Positions 9,431-20,706 are shown, counted from the stretch's first letter. The stretch: DNA of 64,000 nucleotides from Sphingomonas sp. (GCA_045810725.1 JBJMVK010000132.1:522-64521); one strand, 5' to 3'. The notes: generated by a model not told the origin, from the letters alone. Made by a program: numbers and translations.

Positions 9431-9455
9431 AACGGAAGGCCAACTTCTTGGTTCC
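9431..9455 (-). promoter_or_regulatory. EcfG/SigT-type promoter
   Basis: Minus strand GGAAC-CAAGAAGTTGGCCTTC-CGTT (GGAAC-N16-CGTT). Confidence 0.7.
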
Positions 9456-9461
9456 TTCCCC

Positions 9462-10253
9462 ATGACCAAAAAACGACACCTGAGAGTCGCGACCTACAAC
9501 ATCAATGGGATCAACAGCCGATTGGGGGTCCTCACTCGCTGGCTCGAGGAGTTCCGGCCGGACATCGCCGGTCTGCAGGAGCTGAAGTGCACGGACGAGG
9601 CCTTTCCCCGCGAGGCCATCGAGTCGCTCGGCTATTCAGCGATCTGGCACGGGCAGAAGAGCTGGAACGGCGTGGCGCTCCTGAGCCGGGTCGGTGAGCC
9701 CGTCGAAACGCGCCGAGCGCTTCCAGGCGATCCCAACCTCGAGCAGAGCCGCTACATTGAGGCAGCGGTGTGCGGAATCCTCGTCGGAAACATGTACGCG
9801 CCCAACGGCAACCCAAAGCCCGGGCCCAAGTTCGATTACAAGCTCGCGTGGCTCGATGCGTTGGGCGCGCATGCGCAGGAGCTGCTCGACAGCGGCGTAC
9901 CGGCGCTCCTCATGGGCGATTTCAACGTCATCCCGACGGACGAGGACGTCTACAAGCCGGAGCGCTGGCTGAAGGACGCGTTGTTCGCTCCGGAGGCGAG
10001 GGAGAAATATCGGGCGCTGGTGGCTCAAGGTTGGACCGACGCGGTTCGCCACCTCTTTCCAGAGGAGCGGATCTTCACGTTCTGGCACTATTGGCGGAAC
10101 TCGTTCCAGCGCAATGCGGGAATTCGCATCGACCACGCTTTGTTAAGTCCCGGCGTCGCCAAGAAGCTCAAAGGGGCCGGAGTCGACCGCCGGCCCCGCG
10201 GATGGGAGAAGACCAGCGATCATGCGCCGGTCTGGATGGATCTCGAGCTTTGA
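9462..10253 (+). CDS. xth: Exodeoxyribonuclease III
   Basis: ATYNING, LQELK, GQKSWNGVA, YAPNGNP, GDFNV, RIDH, SDHAPV. Confidence 0.95.
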   Translation: MTKKRHLRVATYNINGINSRLGVLTRWLEEFRPDIAGLQELKCTDEAFPREAIESLGYSAIWHGQKSWNGVALLSRVGEPVETRRALPGDPNLEQSRYIEAAVCGILVGNMYAPNGNPKPGPKFDYKLAWLDALGAHAQELLDSGVPALLMGDFNVIPTDEDVYKPERWLKDALFAPEAREKYRALVAQGWTDAVRHLFPEERIFTFWHYWRNSFQRNAGIRIDHALLSPGVAKKLKGAGVDRRPRGWEKTSDHAPVWMDLEL

Positions 10254-10361
10254 GCTTTGACTCTAACGTCGGGCAAGGCTCCGTTCAGGCCCGGAGTGGT
10301 ACACCGGGCAGTTCGCACGCAGTGAAGCTCAAGGTTGCGGACCTTTTCTCGCAAGTGCATG

Positions 10362-10375
10362 TGATAGCGCTATCA
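10362..10375. promoter_or_regulatory. LacI-family operator, copy 1
   Basis: Perfect palindrome TGATAGCGCTATCA. Confidence 0.75.
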
Positions 10376-10392
10376 AGATTGGTGGATGAACG

Positions 10393-10860
10393 ATGCGAAC
10401 AGCAATCCAACTCTTCGTCGCGGTCGCTCTCGCTAGCGGCGGGGCAACCGTCGCGTTCGGCCAAGTTGCGTCGACCCCGGCCGGCGGCGGCGGGGCCGCT
10501 CCCGGGACGGGCGATTCAACAACGATCACGTCGGGCAATCGGCAGAACAATGCCGAGTACAATCACCTGATCAATTCCGGCAACGACAAGCCCAAGGCCG
10601 ACGACGAACGGCGGGTGCGGCATCGGCCCGCGGTCGCCGCCACGGCCGCCGATATCAAGGCCGGCGCCGCGTTGCGCGACATCAAGGGTGTGCCGATCGG
10701 GACTGTAGTTTCAGTTGATGCCGAGCAGGCGGTCGTGGACACGGGACAAACGAAAATCGGCGTTCCGTTGGTGGCGTTCGGCAAGGACGACCGCGGGCTC
10801 ATGCTCGCCATGACCGCCGACAAGTTCGGCGAGCTGGTGGCGAAAGCGCGCGCGCACTGA
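10393..10860 (+). CDS. Secreted hypothetical protein, possible PRC-barrel-like C-terminal domain
   Basis: Signal peptide; GAALRDIKGVPIGTVVSV pattern. Confidence 0.7.
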   Translation: MRTAIQLFVAVALASGGATVAFGQVASTPAGGGGAAPGTGDSTTITSGNRQNNAEYNHLINSGNDKPKADDERRVRHRPAVAATAADIKAGAALRDIKGVPIGTVVSVDAEQAVVDTGQTKIGVPLVAFGKDDRGLMLAMTADKFGELVAKARAH

Positions 10861-10865
10861 GCAGC

Positions 10866-11915
10866 TTGACGAGCCGGGCCGCTGACGCGCCAAATACAAG
10901 CGTGGATCTGTCACACTCCAGGCCCGTCGCCGAATATCATTCTGTCGACCGGTCGCGATTCGAGGAAATCGAAGCGGCTCACGAGCCGGCCATCTTGCGC
11001 GGGCTTGTTTCCGACTGGCCGGCGACCAGGGCCGCGCGCCAGTCGACGGGAGCGCTGGTCGATTATTTGATCGCGCGCGACAATCAGGAGCGCATCCGGG
11101 CCTATCTCGGCGACCCGGCGATGAAGGGACGCTATTTCTACGGTGCGGGCGCCGACGGCTTCAACTTCGCGAGGGCAGAGACGACGCTGAGCAACATGCT
11201 GAGGACGTTGCTCAACCCCGCCGAGAAGCAGCGGCCCATTTACATGGGATCGACTCCGACGAGCCAGATGCTGCCGCGGTTCGAAGCCGAAAATCCGATG
11301 TCCCTGGTCGATCCGGCGAAGGCCCCCCCGCGAGTCTGGATCGGCAACGATAGTCGCATCGCGCCGCATTATGATGAGGCGGACAATATCGCCTGCGTCG
11401 TGGGCGGCCGCCGGCGGTTCATCCTATTCCCGATCGAGCAGGTGCAGAATCTCTACGTCGGACCGATCGACCGAACGATCGCCGGCCAGCCGATCAGCAT
11501 GGTCGACCTCGCAGCGCCCGATTACGAGCGATTTCCAAAGTTCCGTGAGGCCGAGCGAAAGGCGCGTGTTGCCGATCTCGAGCCGGGCGATGCAATCTAT
11601 ATCCCCGCACTCTGGTGGCACGCGGTGCAGGCCCAGGGCGACGTCAATGTCTTAGTGAATTACTGGTGGACCGACCACGCTCCCGACGGGGGTTCTCCGA
11701 TGCACGCCCTCGGCCATGGATTGCTCACGATCAGCCACCTGCCCGAACACAAGCGTCAGGCCTGGCGCGTGCTTTTCGATCACTATGTCTTCCAGACGGA
11801 CGGCGAACCCGCGGAGCATATTCCGGAGCCCGCGCGGGGGATCATCGGCCGCTCGACGCCCGAGCTTCGGCGAATCATCAAGCAATATCTGATGCGGGCG
11901 CTGACGAGCCTCTGA
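10866..11915 (+). CDS. Cupin_8/JmjC-like Fe(II)/2-oxoglutarate dioxygenase
   Basis: WIG...APHYD...NIACVVGGRRRFILFP...LEPGDAIYIPALWWHAV...VNYWW; start TTG 10866 or GTG 10902. Confidence 0.88.
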   Translation: MTSRAADAPNTSVDLSHSRPVAEYHSVDRSRFEEIEAAHEPAILRGLVSDWPATRAARQSTGALVDYLIARDNQERIRAYLGDPAMKGRYFYGAGADGFNFARAETTLSNMLRTLLNPAEKQRPIYMGSTPTSQMLPRFEAENPMSLVDPAKAPPRVWIGNDSRIAPHYDEADNIACVVGGRRRFILFPIEQVQNLYVGPIDRTIAGQPISMVDLAAPDYERFPKFREAERKARVADLEPGDAIYIPALWWHAVQAQGDVNVLVNYWWTDHAPDGGSPMHALGHGLLTISHLPEHKRQAWRVLFDHYVFQTDGEPAEHIPEPARGIIGRSTPELRRIIKQYLMRALTSL

Positions 11916-11923
11916 CCTTGGAC

Positions 11924-13549
11924 ATGCGGCGCCGCGAATTCCTGATCTCAGGCGCCGCCGCAACTTGCGCCCGTCCCGTGCGGGCCCACGGCAGAGGTCC
12001 GGTCGCTCCGACCTGGGCCTCGCTTGCGAGCCATTACAGCGTGCCCGACTGGTTCCGCGACGCGAAGTTCGGAATCTGGGCGCATTGGGGACCGCAGTGC
12101 CAGCCCGAGTTCGGCGATTGGTATGCGCGCCTGATGTACATGCGGAGTCGCATGACCTGGCAACAGGGGGAAACGCCGTATGACGATCATCTGCGGCGTT
12201 ACGGTCATCCGAGCCGGACCGGCTTCATCGACATCATCGGGCAGTGGAAAGCCGAGCATTGGCGGCCCGAGGAATTGCTCACGCGCTACGTGAAGGCTGG
12301 TGCTCGTTACTTCATGGCGATGGGCTGCCATCACGACAATTTCGACCTGTTCGACAGCAAGCATCATCCCTGGAACTCGACGCGGATCGGCCCCAAGCGC
12401 GACATCGTCGGGACCTGGGCGCCGCTGGTCCGGGACGCCGGCCTGAAGTTCGGCGTTTCCAACCATTCGAGCCACGCATGGCATTGGTATCAGGTCGCCT
12501 ACGGTTATGACGCCGAGGGCCCAATGCGGGGCCATCGATACGACGCTTATTGGCTGAGGGCGCACCATGGCCACGGCAAGTATTGGGAAGGGCTGGACCC
12601 GCAGGAACTCTATGCGGGTCCTTATTACGTACCGCCGGCGGGGATCAGATCCGACGAGGAGATGAACGCCTGGCACGACAAGCGCGACGGCCAGTGGCCC
12701 GAGACGGCACCGCCTGGCAACGCCCGCTTCGTCGAGAAATGGCTGCTGCGGCAGAAGCAGCTGGTCGAGGATTATCGTCCCGACCTCATGTATTTCGACG
12801 ATACCGGGCTACCGCTCGGCCAAGCGGGGCTGGACGCGGCGGCGCATTATTATGACGCGTCGCTCGGCTGGCGCGGAGACATCGACGTCGTCATTTTTGG
12901 TAAGAAGCTGGAAGGGATTCAGCGCCGCGCCATTGTCGAAGACGTGGAGCGTGGCTGGGTCGACGAAATTCTGGAGGTGCCCTGGCAGACCGACACTTGC
13001 ATCGGCAACTGGCACTATGATCGGCGGCTGTACCGGGACAATGGCTACAAGAGCGCGAAGCAGGTGGTTCAGCGGCTTGCGGACGTCGTGTCGAAGAATG
13101 GCAATCTACTTCTAAACGTCCCCATCCGAGGCGATGGCACGATCGACGAGAAGGAAGAGCGGATCGTCGACCAGATCGCCGCGTGGACTCAGCGGAACGG
13201 CGAAGCAATCTTCGGGACCCGGCCCTGGCGGCGGTTCGGTGAGGGGCCGACCAAGCCGCCGCCGGGAATGCTGAACGAAGGAGAAGCCAAGCCCTTCACC
13301 GCGCGGGACGTGCGCTTCACGAGGAAGGAGGGCGTGATCTACGCGATCATCATGGATTGGCCCAATGGAGAAACGGCAATCGGCTCCCTGAGCATTTCGG
13401 CGCGGCCTGGCGCAGTGATCGAAAGGATCGAATTGCTGGGTGGACCGATGCTCGAATTTTCGCGCGACGCCGATGCGCTTCGGGTCAAATTGCCGAGCGG
13501 CGAGGGGCTTCCGCCCGTCCTTCGAATCCTCGGCCGCGGTTTGGCCTAG
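11924..13549 (+). CDS. Alpha-L-fucosidase GH29, Tat-exported
   Basis: MRRREFL Tat motif; WFRDAKFGIWAHWG, HHDNF, YFD, VSKNGNLLLN. Confidence 0.92.
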   Translation: MRRREFLISGAAATCARPVRAHGRGPVAPTWASLASHYSVPDWFRDAKFGIWAHWGPQCQPEFGDWYARLMYMRSRMTWQQGETPYDDHLRRYGHPSRTGFIDIIGQWKAEHWRPEELLTRYVKAGARYFMAMGCHHDNFDLFDSKHHPWNSTRIGPKRDIVGTWAPLVRDAGLKFGVSNHSSHAWHWYQVAYGYDAEGPMRGHRYDAYWLRAHHGHGKYWEGLDPQELYAGPYYVPPAGIRSDEEMNAWHDKRDGQWPETAPPGNARFVEKWLLRQKQLVEDYRPDLMYFDDTGLPLGQAGLDAAAHYYDASLGWRGDIDVVIFGKKLEGIQRRAIVEDVERGWVDEILEVPWQTDTCIGNWHYDRRLYRDNGYKSAKQVVQRLADVVSKNGNLLLNVPIRGDGTIDEKEERIVDQIAAWTQRNGEAIFGTRPWRRFGEGPTKPPPGMLNEGEAKPFTARDVRFTRKEGVIYAIIMDWPNGETAIGSLSISARPGAVIERIELLGGPMLEFSRDADALRVKLPSGEGLPPVLRILGRGLA

Positions 13550-16413
13550 CGCATCCTCACGGTTGTCGGCTTGCCGTCATAGGCCACTGTCGCGTCAGGC
13601 TTCGCGTCGAACGCCAGCGCGCGAGACGAGCCCGCCCTCACCCAGCGGACCTGGATCGTGCGTTTGCCGGCCATTCCGGAATAGCCGCTTCCCTCACGCT
13701 CCCCGATAGTCAGCGTCTTTGCAGCTTCGTCCCACTTGAGCGGGACGCGCGAATATTGGCCGTGCAGATATTGGCGACTCACTCCGTCGTCCTCGTAGAG
13801 CGAGAAGTTGCCGTCGGCGCCGGTGTAGACGTTGAGCCTCACGGGCGAGTGCGAGTTGTTCCCGGTGTGCTGGATTGCGGGACCAGTCGGCACGATCGAA
13901 CCCGCTCGAACGAAGAGCGGCATGCGCTCGTAAGGTGCGCTCGCCGTGATCGTCTGGGCGCCGCGGGTGCTCCGGCCGGTATAGAAATCATACCACGTAC
14001 CGGCCGGCAGATAGACCCTTCGTGAGCGCGCCATATAGCTGGTCACCGGCGCGACCAGGAATGCCGGACCGAACATATATTCGTCGTCGATGCCCCACGT
14101 CTTCCGATCGCCGCCGAAGTCCATCACCAGCGCCCGCATTATCGTCCCGTCGTCGAAGTAGGTGTCGGCGCCGAGCGTGTAGATGTAGGGCATCAACCGG
14201 TAACGAAGCCGATCGTACCAGACCATCGTGTTGTAGGTCGGTGACCCGGCCGCCGACATCTCGAAAATCTCGCGCTTGATGTTCTCGCCGTGACTTCGGA
14301 AGATCGGCGAGAAGGCGCCGAACTGGAACCATCGAGTGTTGAGCTCGCGCCATTCGGCAAGATCCGCGGGCGTCGGCTTCTGAAACCGCGGCTCCATCGT
14401 GTAGCCGCCGATATCGTGACTCCAGTTGGGATCGCCCGAGAGTGAGAAGTTGAGGCCCGCCGAAATCTGCTCGCGAAGATTGTCCCAGCGCGATGCGACG
14501 TCGCCCGACCAGACGGCGGCGCTGTCGCGCTGGATTCCACCGAAAGCCGAACGGGTCAGAATGAACGGGCGAACGTCGGGCTTGTCCGCGACCTGGTGCT
14601 GGTAGACGCCATCGACATGCACCAGCGGATATGAGTTGAAATATGGTTCTGCAGGGCCGAGCGCCGTGGGTCCCATGCGCCTCGCCGTCTCGGCAGGCGA
14701 GATGTTCGAGTGGAAGTCCGGCTCGTCGGAATCGAGCCACCACGCGTCAAAACCTTTGCTTTCGATGCCCTGCCGGACCTGGTTCCAGTAGACGTCGCGC
14801 GCCGCGGGATTGTAGGCGTCGTAGAATGCGTTGAAGTAGCCCGGTCCGACCCAGTCGAGATACTGCCACTTGATCGTGTCAGGGTCCTTCGGCTCCTCCG
14901 GACGCGGGTTCGACATACGCTCGTAGATCCCGTTGACGGCCTTCAGCGCATCATAGGTCGGAATGTCCTTGTAGTATTTCGCCCACACCGAGATCATCAC
15001 ATGCGCGCCGTTGGCGTGAATGTCGTTGACCATGCCCTTGGGATCCGGGAAGCGTGCCGGGTCGAAGCACTGACAGCCCCACTGGTCCTGCGGCCAGTAG
15101 AGCCAGTCCTGGACGATATTGTCGAGCGGCAGGCCGCGCTTGCGATATTCGTGAACGACTTGGAGGAGTTGGTCCTGTGTCTCGTAACGCTGCCGGCTTT
15201 GCCAGAAGCCGTAGGCCCATTTGGGCAGGATCGGCGCTTTGCCGGTGAGCGCGCGATAGCCGGCGATCACATCGTCCATGCTTCGTCCGGGAATGAAATA
15301 ATAGTCGACGGCACGCGCGTAATCGGACGACAGCGTCAGCGAATGTCGGTCGGCCTCCGGCCGCGGGTCATTGTGGAGAAGCGCGATGTAACCGGAGTCG
15401 GGATCCCACTCGACGCGCAACTTGTGGGGCTGGCCGGCGGCGAGCTCGACGTCGAAGTTGTGGTAGAAGGGGTTCCAGTTCTGCCGCCATCGGTCGAGCA
15501 TCTCGCGTCCGTCGACGAACACCTTGAAATAGCTCGAGCCATAGAGGCGGAAGCGGTGCAGCCCGCCGGAGTGCGGCGTGATCGTTCCTTCCCAGGTGAC
15601 GTGAAGACCGGGAACGGTTTGCTGCATGTCCGCAGACCGGGTGCCTGTCGGCCAGCGATTCACGTCTTCGAGATACTGGAGCTGGATCGTCGGCTCCTGG
15701 CGCGTGACGATCGTCTTGCCGTTGACAGTGTAGGTTGCATTCCAGCCTGAGCCGCCGTTGACCTGAAGGCCGTCAGCGGGGGCGCCGGCGTAGGTGTAGG
15801 GCTCGGGATCGCCGAAGCGCGTGACCGAGTTGTTATCCCACAGCAGGCCGTAATTGCGCGTCGAAACGACGAACGGGATCGCGACGTCCATGTTGTGCTG
15901 CGCGAGCTCGACGTCCTCGCCGTTGTAATCCATCTGCCCAAGCTGGTGCTGGCCAAGCCCGTAGAAGCCTTCATCAGTGCCGTGGTTGAACTGCTGCGAG
16001 ACGGACACCCACGGCTCGCCCTCGGCGCTGCTCGGCTTGAACGCAGGAGGACCGCTCTCCGTCAGCACCGGCCGCCCGGATGCATCGCGGAAGCTGACCT
16101 TTCCCGTCCTGAGATCGACGTCGGCGAACGCGTTTCTTGTGCTCAGCGTCACCGTTCGGGCCGTTTGGGTTATCGCGAAGCCGCCGGTGGCGGGCTTAGC
16201 CCTCACCATGAGGCTTTCGGGCATTGGATAGCCCTGTGTTGGCGCGAGCTCGGTCACCCGGATGATGCCGTCGTCGTAGGCCTGCAGCTGCACCGACACG
16301 GCGGGCACTTGCGTCGAATGAACGATGATCCCTGTCGAAGTCCGCTCGTAGTTCTGCGCAAGCGCTGCTGAGCTTGGCACAACCAACAAGCAGGCGAAGA
16401 GGGCAGGTCTCAT
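13546..16413 (-). CDS. Alpha-xylosidase GH31 with PA14-like insert
   Basis: Signal peptide; [19 protein letters not shown] nucleophile, WSGDV, HDIGG, FRSHG. Confidence 0.9.
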   Translation of the reverse strand: MRPALFACLLVVPSSAALAQNYERTSTGIIVHSTQVPAVSVQLQAYDDGIIRVTELAPTQGYPMPESLMVRAKPATGGFAITQTARTVTLSTRNAFADVDLRTGKVSFRDASGRPVLTESGPPAFKPSSAEGEPWVSVSQQFNHGTDEGFYGLGQHQLGQMDYNGEDVELAQHNMDVAIPFVVSTRNYGLLWDNNSVTRFGDPEPYTYAGAPADGLQVNGGSGWNATYTVNGKTIVTRQEPTIQLQYLEDVNRWPTGTRSADMQQTVPGLHVTWEGTITPHSGGLHRFRLYGSSYFKVFVDGREMLDRWRQNWNPFYHNFDVELAAGQPHKLRVEWDPDSGYIALLHNDPRPEADRHSLTLSSDYARAVDYYFIPGRSMDDVIAGYRALTGKAPILPKWAYGFWQSRQRYETQDQLLQVVHEYRKRGLPLDNIVQDWLYWPQDQWGCQCFDPARFPDPKGMVNDIHANGAHVMISVWAKYYKDIPTYDALKAVNGIYERMSNPRPEEPKDPDTIKWQYLDWVGPGYFNAFYDAYNPAARDVYWNQVRQGIESKGFDAWWLDSDEPDFHSNISPAETARRMGPTALGPAEPYFNSYPLVHVDGVYQHQVADKPDVRPFILTRSAFGGIQRDSAAVWSGDVASRWDNLREQISAGLNFSLSGDPNWSHDIGGYTMEPRFQKPTPADLAEWRELNTRWFQFGAFSPIFRSHGENIKREIFEMSAAGSPTYNTMVWYDRLRYRLMPYIYTLGADTYFDDGTIMRALVMDFGGDRKTWGIDDEYMFGPAFLVAPVTSYMARSRRVYLPAGTWYDFYTGRSTRGAQTITASAPYERMPLFVRAGSIVPTGPAIQHTGNNSHSPVRLNVYTGADGNFSLYEDDGVSRQYLHGQYSRVPLKWDEAAKTLTIGEREGSGYSGMAGKRTIQVRWVRAGSSRALAFDAKPDATVAYDGKPTTVRMR

Positions 16414-18029
16414 CGATACGTCCCCATCCGGATCTTCAGCAGCACGGGCCGCGTGAGGTTCAGTCCATAGTCAATCTGATCGCCGTTCCAGCGCCGCTTC
16501 ATCGTCCAGCGCCCATTCGCGAACGCGCCTTCTTCGACATCTATGAACTGCACGTTCTCGCCGGCGGGCTTGTCCAGGCCGAAGCGGATGCGGACATCGG
16601 ATCCGGCGAGGAGAAACTCGTCCGGGCCAAGTTGGATGACCGCTGCTCCTCCGACCGGTAGCTCCTTCTTCGGGTTGGGCGGCATGTCGATCCAAGTCCA
16701 GTCGCGCTCGCCAAACTCCCACAGTCCGTACATCGCGGTCAGCTTCCAGCGGCCGAGCGTTGCCGTTTGATCCGAGGCGTCCTTCGGCTTCGCGAATCCG
16801 ATTGTCGGATGCTCGAACGAAAGCCTTGCCCAGTCGCGCGCGGCAGGCGCGAGCAGGCGGTACTTCGAGGCAAACGCCTCGAGGGTGGCGGGATCGAGCT
16901 GCTTCGCGCCGAGCGGAAAGTTCGAATAGGCGGTCGAATCCATTCCAAACGGCGCCCAGCCGATGGCGCCTTCGCCCAACGCCAACCACAGGAAGCGGGA
17001 ATATTCGGGCGCGTTGCCGTTCTCGGGAACGAACAGGGCGTTGTCGGCGCGTCCGTAATTTTCGAGCTGCTTCAAGTAGGTCTTCTCGTCGCGGTCGTAG
17101 AGATCGGGAGCGAGAAGCGTCAGGTGCGGCGCAGCGGCTTTCCAGATGTCGATGACATTCCAGTTCGGGCCGCCGCTGGCGCCATATTGCGAGCCCTCTT
17201 CCTTGAACGGGTCGCTGAGCGCGGCGTTCGCATACATCGGCAGGTCGAGCTCGGCCTGTCCGGCGGCTGCGACTTGGTCGACATAGCGGGCTGTGTACCA
17301 AGCGTTGAAGGCTTGGTCGGCTTTCCAGCCGTAGACTTGCCCCCAAGTGCCGCTTTTGCCCTCCTGCAGCGCGAGAGACGCTGGGACAGTCTGGGCGAAC
17401 AGCCGATTGGCTTCGGCGGAGAAATCGCGCGGCGACTGGTAGCTTCCGGTCTCATTCTCGACCTGCACCGTAATGACGGTGTGCTGCGGGTCGATCTCTC
17501 GGATGTGGCGCATAAGAGCGGCGAAGGCACGGCTGTCGGCCCGCAAGGTGGATGGCGCGAGCGGCGTCAAGACATAATGCGCGTTCCCGTCCTTGGTGAC
17601 CATGCGCGGGAACCGCTTCGTGTCCGTCTTCACCCAGTCCGGAGCGTAGCTCGCGCTCGTGTTCTTGAACGCGCCGAACCACAGCAGTACGAGCCGGACA
17701 TCATGCTGCCTTGCTTGTGGAAGCAGCGCGTCGACCCAGGAGAAGTCGAACCTGCCCTCGACCGGTTCGATCTGTTCCCAGGCGACGGGAGTCTCGAGCG
17801 TGTTGGCATGGAGCTGGTCGACGACGGGCCACACCTGCGGAAGCATCGCGGGATAGTTGCTGCTGTTGTTGGTTTGCGCGCCGAGCATCAGAAATGGCCG
17901 CGCATCCACGAGGAGGGCGTGCCTGCCTCCGGACTCCACGACCCGGGGAAGGGGCGAAGGTTGGGCAAGCGCGCCGGCTGTGGCTGCGCACAGCAAGCTC
18001 CCGAGTACTAACGCCCGCACGCTTCGCAT
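16410..18029 (-). CDS. Beta-galactosidase GH35 (DUF5597-type)
   Basis: Start MRSVRAL; [30 protein letters not shown]. Confidence 0.85.
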   Translation of the reverse strand: MRSVRALVLGSLLCAATAGALAQPSPLPRVVESGGRHALLVDARPFLMLGAQTNNSSNYPAMLPQVWPVVDQLHANTLETPVAWEQIEPVEGRFDFSWVDALLPQARQHDVRLVLLWFGAFKNTSASYAPDWVKTDTKRFPRMVTKDGNAHYVLTPLAPSTLRADSRAFAALMRHIREIDPQHTVITVQVENETGSYQSPRDFSAEANRLFAQTVPASLALQEGKSGTWGQVYGWKADQAFNAWYTARYVDQVAAAGQAELDLPMYANAALSDPFKEEGSQYGASGGPNWNVIDIWKAAAPHLTLLAPDLYDRDEKTYLKQLENYGRADNALFVPENGNAPEYSRFLWLALGEGAIGWAPFGMDSTAYSNFPLGAKQLDPATLEAFASKYRLLAPAARDWARLSFEHPTIGFAKPKDASDQTATLGRWKLTAMYGLWEFGERDWTWIDMPPNPKKELPVGGAAVIQLGPDEFLLAGSDVRIRFGLDKPAGENVQFIDVEEGAFANGRWTMKRRWNGDQIDYGLNLTRPVLLKIRMGTYR

Positions 18030-18059
18030 GATTCTCCCCTCGCTGTTTGCATCGCCGGT

Positions 18060-18073
18060 TGGTAGCGCTAACG
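18060..18073. promoter_or_regulatory. LacI-family operator, copy 2
   Basis: TGGTAGCGCTAACG between divergent GH35 and GH27. Confidence 0.8.
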
Positions 18074-18101
18074 CAAGAGCCGAACAGGAGCGGGTGGGGC
18101 G

Positions 18102-19313
18102 ATGTCGCGCATCATTATATTGCTGGCCTGGATCGCGATTGCGGGCAGTCTCTTCGCGCTTCCCGCCCGCGCCGAAACGACGCAGGAAGTGATCAACAAG
18201 GCGCCCAACGCACTCGCGCTCACTCCTCCGATGGGCTGGAACAGCTGGAACAAGTTCGCCTGCGACGTGAACGAGAAGGTCGTGCGCGACACTGCCGATG
18301 CGATCGTCGCTTCGGGAATGCGCGATGCGGGCTATCAATATGTCGTGGTCGACGATTGCTGGGCGGGCCCGCGCGATTCGAAAGGCTTCATCAGCGCGGA
18401 CACGCAGCGCTTTCCGTCCGGCATCAAAGCGCTCGCCGACTATATCCATTCGCGCGGGCTCAAGTTCGGCATCTATTCTGACGCCGGCCGGTTCACCTGC
18501 GGTGGGCGTCCGGGAAGCCAGGGCCATGAATATCAGGACGCGCTCACCTACGCGGGGTGGGGCGCCGATTATCTCAAGTACGACTGGTGCAGCACCGGCG
18601 ACCGCAACGCCAAGGAAGCCTATGCCGTGATGGCAGACGCGCTCCGCCAAAGCGGACGCGAGATCGTCTTCTCGATCTGTGAGTGGGGAACGGCGAAGCC
18701 TTGGCTGTGGGCGAAGAACGTCGGGAATCTGTGGCGCACCACCGGCGACATCTTCGACAGTTTTTCAACCAAGGACCCCAAGCGCGACTGGGCGCATACC
18801 ATGACGGACATCGTCGATCTGAACGAACCGCTATGGCAATATGCCGGGCCCGGACATTGGAATGACGCCGATATGCTCGAAGTCGGCAATGGCGGCATGA
18901 CTCCAGCGGAATATCGCTCGCACTTTTCGATATGGGCGATGATGGCCTCGCCGCTGATGGCGGGGAACGACGTTGCGCAGATGGACGCAACGACGCGCGC
19001 GATCCTGCTCAACAAGGAGGTGATCGCCGTCGATCAGGATCCGCTCGGAGTCCAGGGCCACCGAGTGCGCAAGGATGCGAATACGGAATTGTGGGTGAAG
19101 TCGCTGAAGGATGGCGGCCTCGCAGTGCTCTTGTTCAACCGAGGCGATGGCCCGACGACGATCAGCGCATCGGCGGTCGAACTCAGCTGGCGGCTCAAAA
19201 GACGGGCGAAGGTCCGTGATTTGTGGGCGCACAAGGATCTGGGACGCTGGACGGGCACGATCGCCGCGACAGTCGAGCCTCACGGCGTCGCGATGTACCG
19301 GATCGAGCCTTAG
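18102..19313 (+). CDS. Alpha-galactosidase GH27
   Basis: [44 protein letters not shown]. Confidence 0.95.
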   Translation: MSRIIILLAWIAIAGSLFALPARAETTQEVINKAPNALALTPPMGWNSWNKFACDVNEKVVRDTADAIVASGMRDAGYQYVVVDDCWAGPRDSKGFISADTQRFPSGIKALADYIHSRGLKFGIYSDAGRFTCGGRPGSQGHEYQDALTYAGWGADYLKYDWCSTGDRNAKEAYAVMADALRQSGREIVFSICEWGTAKPWLWAKNVGNLWRTTGDIFDSFSTKDPKRDWAHTMTDIVDLNEPLWQYAGPGHWNDADMLEVGNGGMTPAEYRSHFSIWAMMASPLMAGNDVAQMDATTRAILLNKEVIAVDQDPLGVQGHRVRKDANTELWVKSLKDGGLAVLLFNRGDGPTTISASAVELSWRLKRRAKVRDLWAHKDLGRWTGTIAATVEPHGVAMYRIEP

Positions 19314-20644
19314 GCTCTCGCCGCCACTGCTGCGTAGTTCTTGATCACTGCCTGGGTGGATGCGTCGCGATCGAAGACGCTGTACCAGCCCTGCGGCTCG
19401 TGCGGCGGATCGCCGACATAGCTGGTGTCGCCGCGAACGAAACGGTGGTCGCGATGCTGAGCGCGGCCTTCGCCTCCCCAACCCCAGAAATTGCATCCCT
19501 GAAGCGGGCCGCCCGAGTGGATGCTGCGGAGAACCTCGGCATAGATGAGTTCGTAGAAACGGTCCTTGAAAATTGTCGAAGTGCCGGGATCGAAGCTTCC
19601 ACCATCGCGCGGGAATCCGAATTCCTCGATTATGAGGGGCTTGTTGAGCTTGCGCGCGATGCCGACCTGCTGCCCGATGTAGTCGTGCGTGTTGCGCTCG
19701 ACGGTCGGCCAGGTACCTGAAAGGTCATTGGGGTCGGCCCAGCTCCAGTTCTGCGGCCAGATATGCGCGTTGACATAGTCGACCGCCGGCGAGCTGTGCG
19801 CAGCAACGACGCATTGCGCGTCATTCAGGCAACCCTGCGTGCCCTCGCTGCCGGTCGACACCATGTGGTTCGGGTCGATCGACTTGATTAGGCGCGCCGT
19901 CCCGTCAATCCAGGCGAGATAGGGCTTCATATGCCGGCGGCCCGCTTCATCGCTTCCACCGGGCCGCGGCTCGTTGGCCAGTTGCCACGACAGAATTGCC
20001 GGGTCGTCCCGGTAGAACCTGCCCGTCACGCTATTGCGGCGCCCGACGAGCGCGCGGACATATTCGTCGAACATGCGCACCGCGGAAGCGTGACCGTAGA
20101 ATTCGGAACTCATGTCGGCGAACTCCGGCCACGGGTGGGCCGGGTCGTTCATGTTGATGTAGCGCCCGCCGTTGGTCCAGTAGAGATAGGTCATCATCCC
20201 GCCCGACCATTCCCAGAAGTTGGTCAGGTAAATCACCGCAGTGAGGCCTCTTTTGCCCATTTCGGCGAGGGCATGGTCGAGGCCGTTTAAAAGGGTTCCA
20301 TCGAAATGGCTCGAGCGGTTGCGGAAGGTCGGGCGCACGGAATTTTTGAGCGGCGAGAATTCCGAGCTGCCGAGGATTCGGACATTTTTGATGCCGAGCC
20401 CCGCGAGGCGGTCGAGCTCGCGCTTCAGCCGATCGCGGTTCCCGATCGGCGCCGCCGCTCCGAGATAAGCGGCGTACCACATGTTCGTTCCGACAACCCT
20501 GTAGGGAGCGCCGCCCAGGCGGAAGTCGGTCCCGCTCGCCCGCACGAAAGGCGACCGGCGCGGTGCACTCAAAACGGCGCTTCCTGCAAGCAATGCTGTC
20601 GTGCCGACTAGCATGTCCCGCCGAGCGATCGATGCGACCATCAT
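19310..20644 (-). CDS. Beta-mannanase/mannosidase GH5 (subfamily 7-like), Tat-exported
   Basis: RRDML Tat; NFWEWSGG, WQLANEPR, HIWPQNW, IEEFG, NFWGWGG. Confidence 0.9.
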   Translation of the reverse strand: MMVASIARRDMLVGTTALLAGSAVLSAPRRSPFVRASGTDFRLGGAPYRVVGTNMWYAAYLGAAAPIGNRDRLKRELDRLAGLGIKNVRILGSSEFSPLKNSVRPTFRNRSSHFDGTLLNGLDHALAEMGKRGLTAVIYLTNFWEWSGGMMTYLYWTNGGRYINMNDPAHPWPEFADMSSEFYGHASAVRMFDEYVRALVGRRNSVTGRFYRDDPAILSWQLANEPRPGGSDEAGRRHMKPYLAWIDGTARLIKSIDPNHMVSTGSEGTQGCLNDAQCVVAAHSSPAVDYVNAHIWPQNWSWADPNDLSGTWPTVERNTHDYIGQQVGIARKLNKPLIIEEFGFPRDGGSFDPGTSTIFKDRFYELIYAEVLRSIHSGGPLQGCNFWGWGGEGRAQHRDHRFVRGDTSYVGDPPHEPQGWYSVFDRDASTQAVIKNYAAVAARA

Positions 20645-20692
20645 TCTCTCCCCGATTTCGGCAAGGCTATTTCACTGACGAGGAGCTGCGCA

Positions 20693-20706
20693 AGATAGCG
20701 CTACCA
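20693..20706. promoter_or_regulatory. LacI-family operator, copy 3
   Basis: AGATAGCGCTACCA upstream of GH5. Confidence 0.75.
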
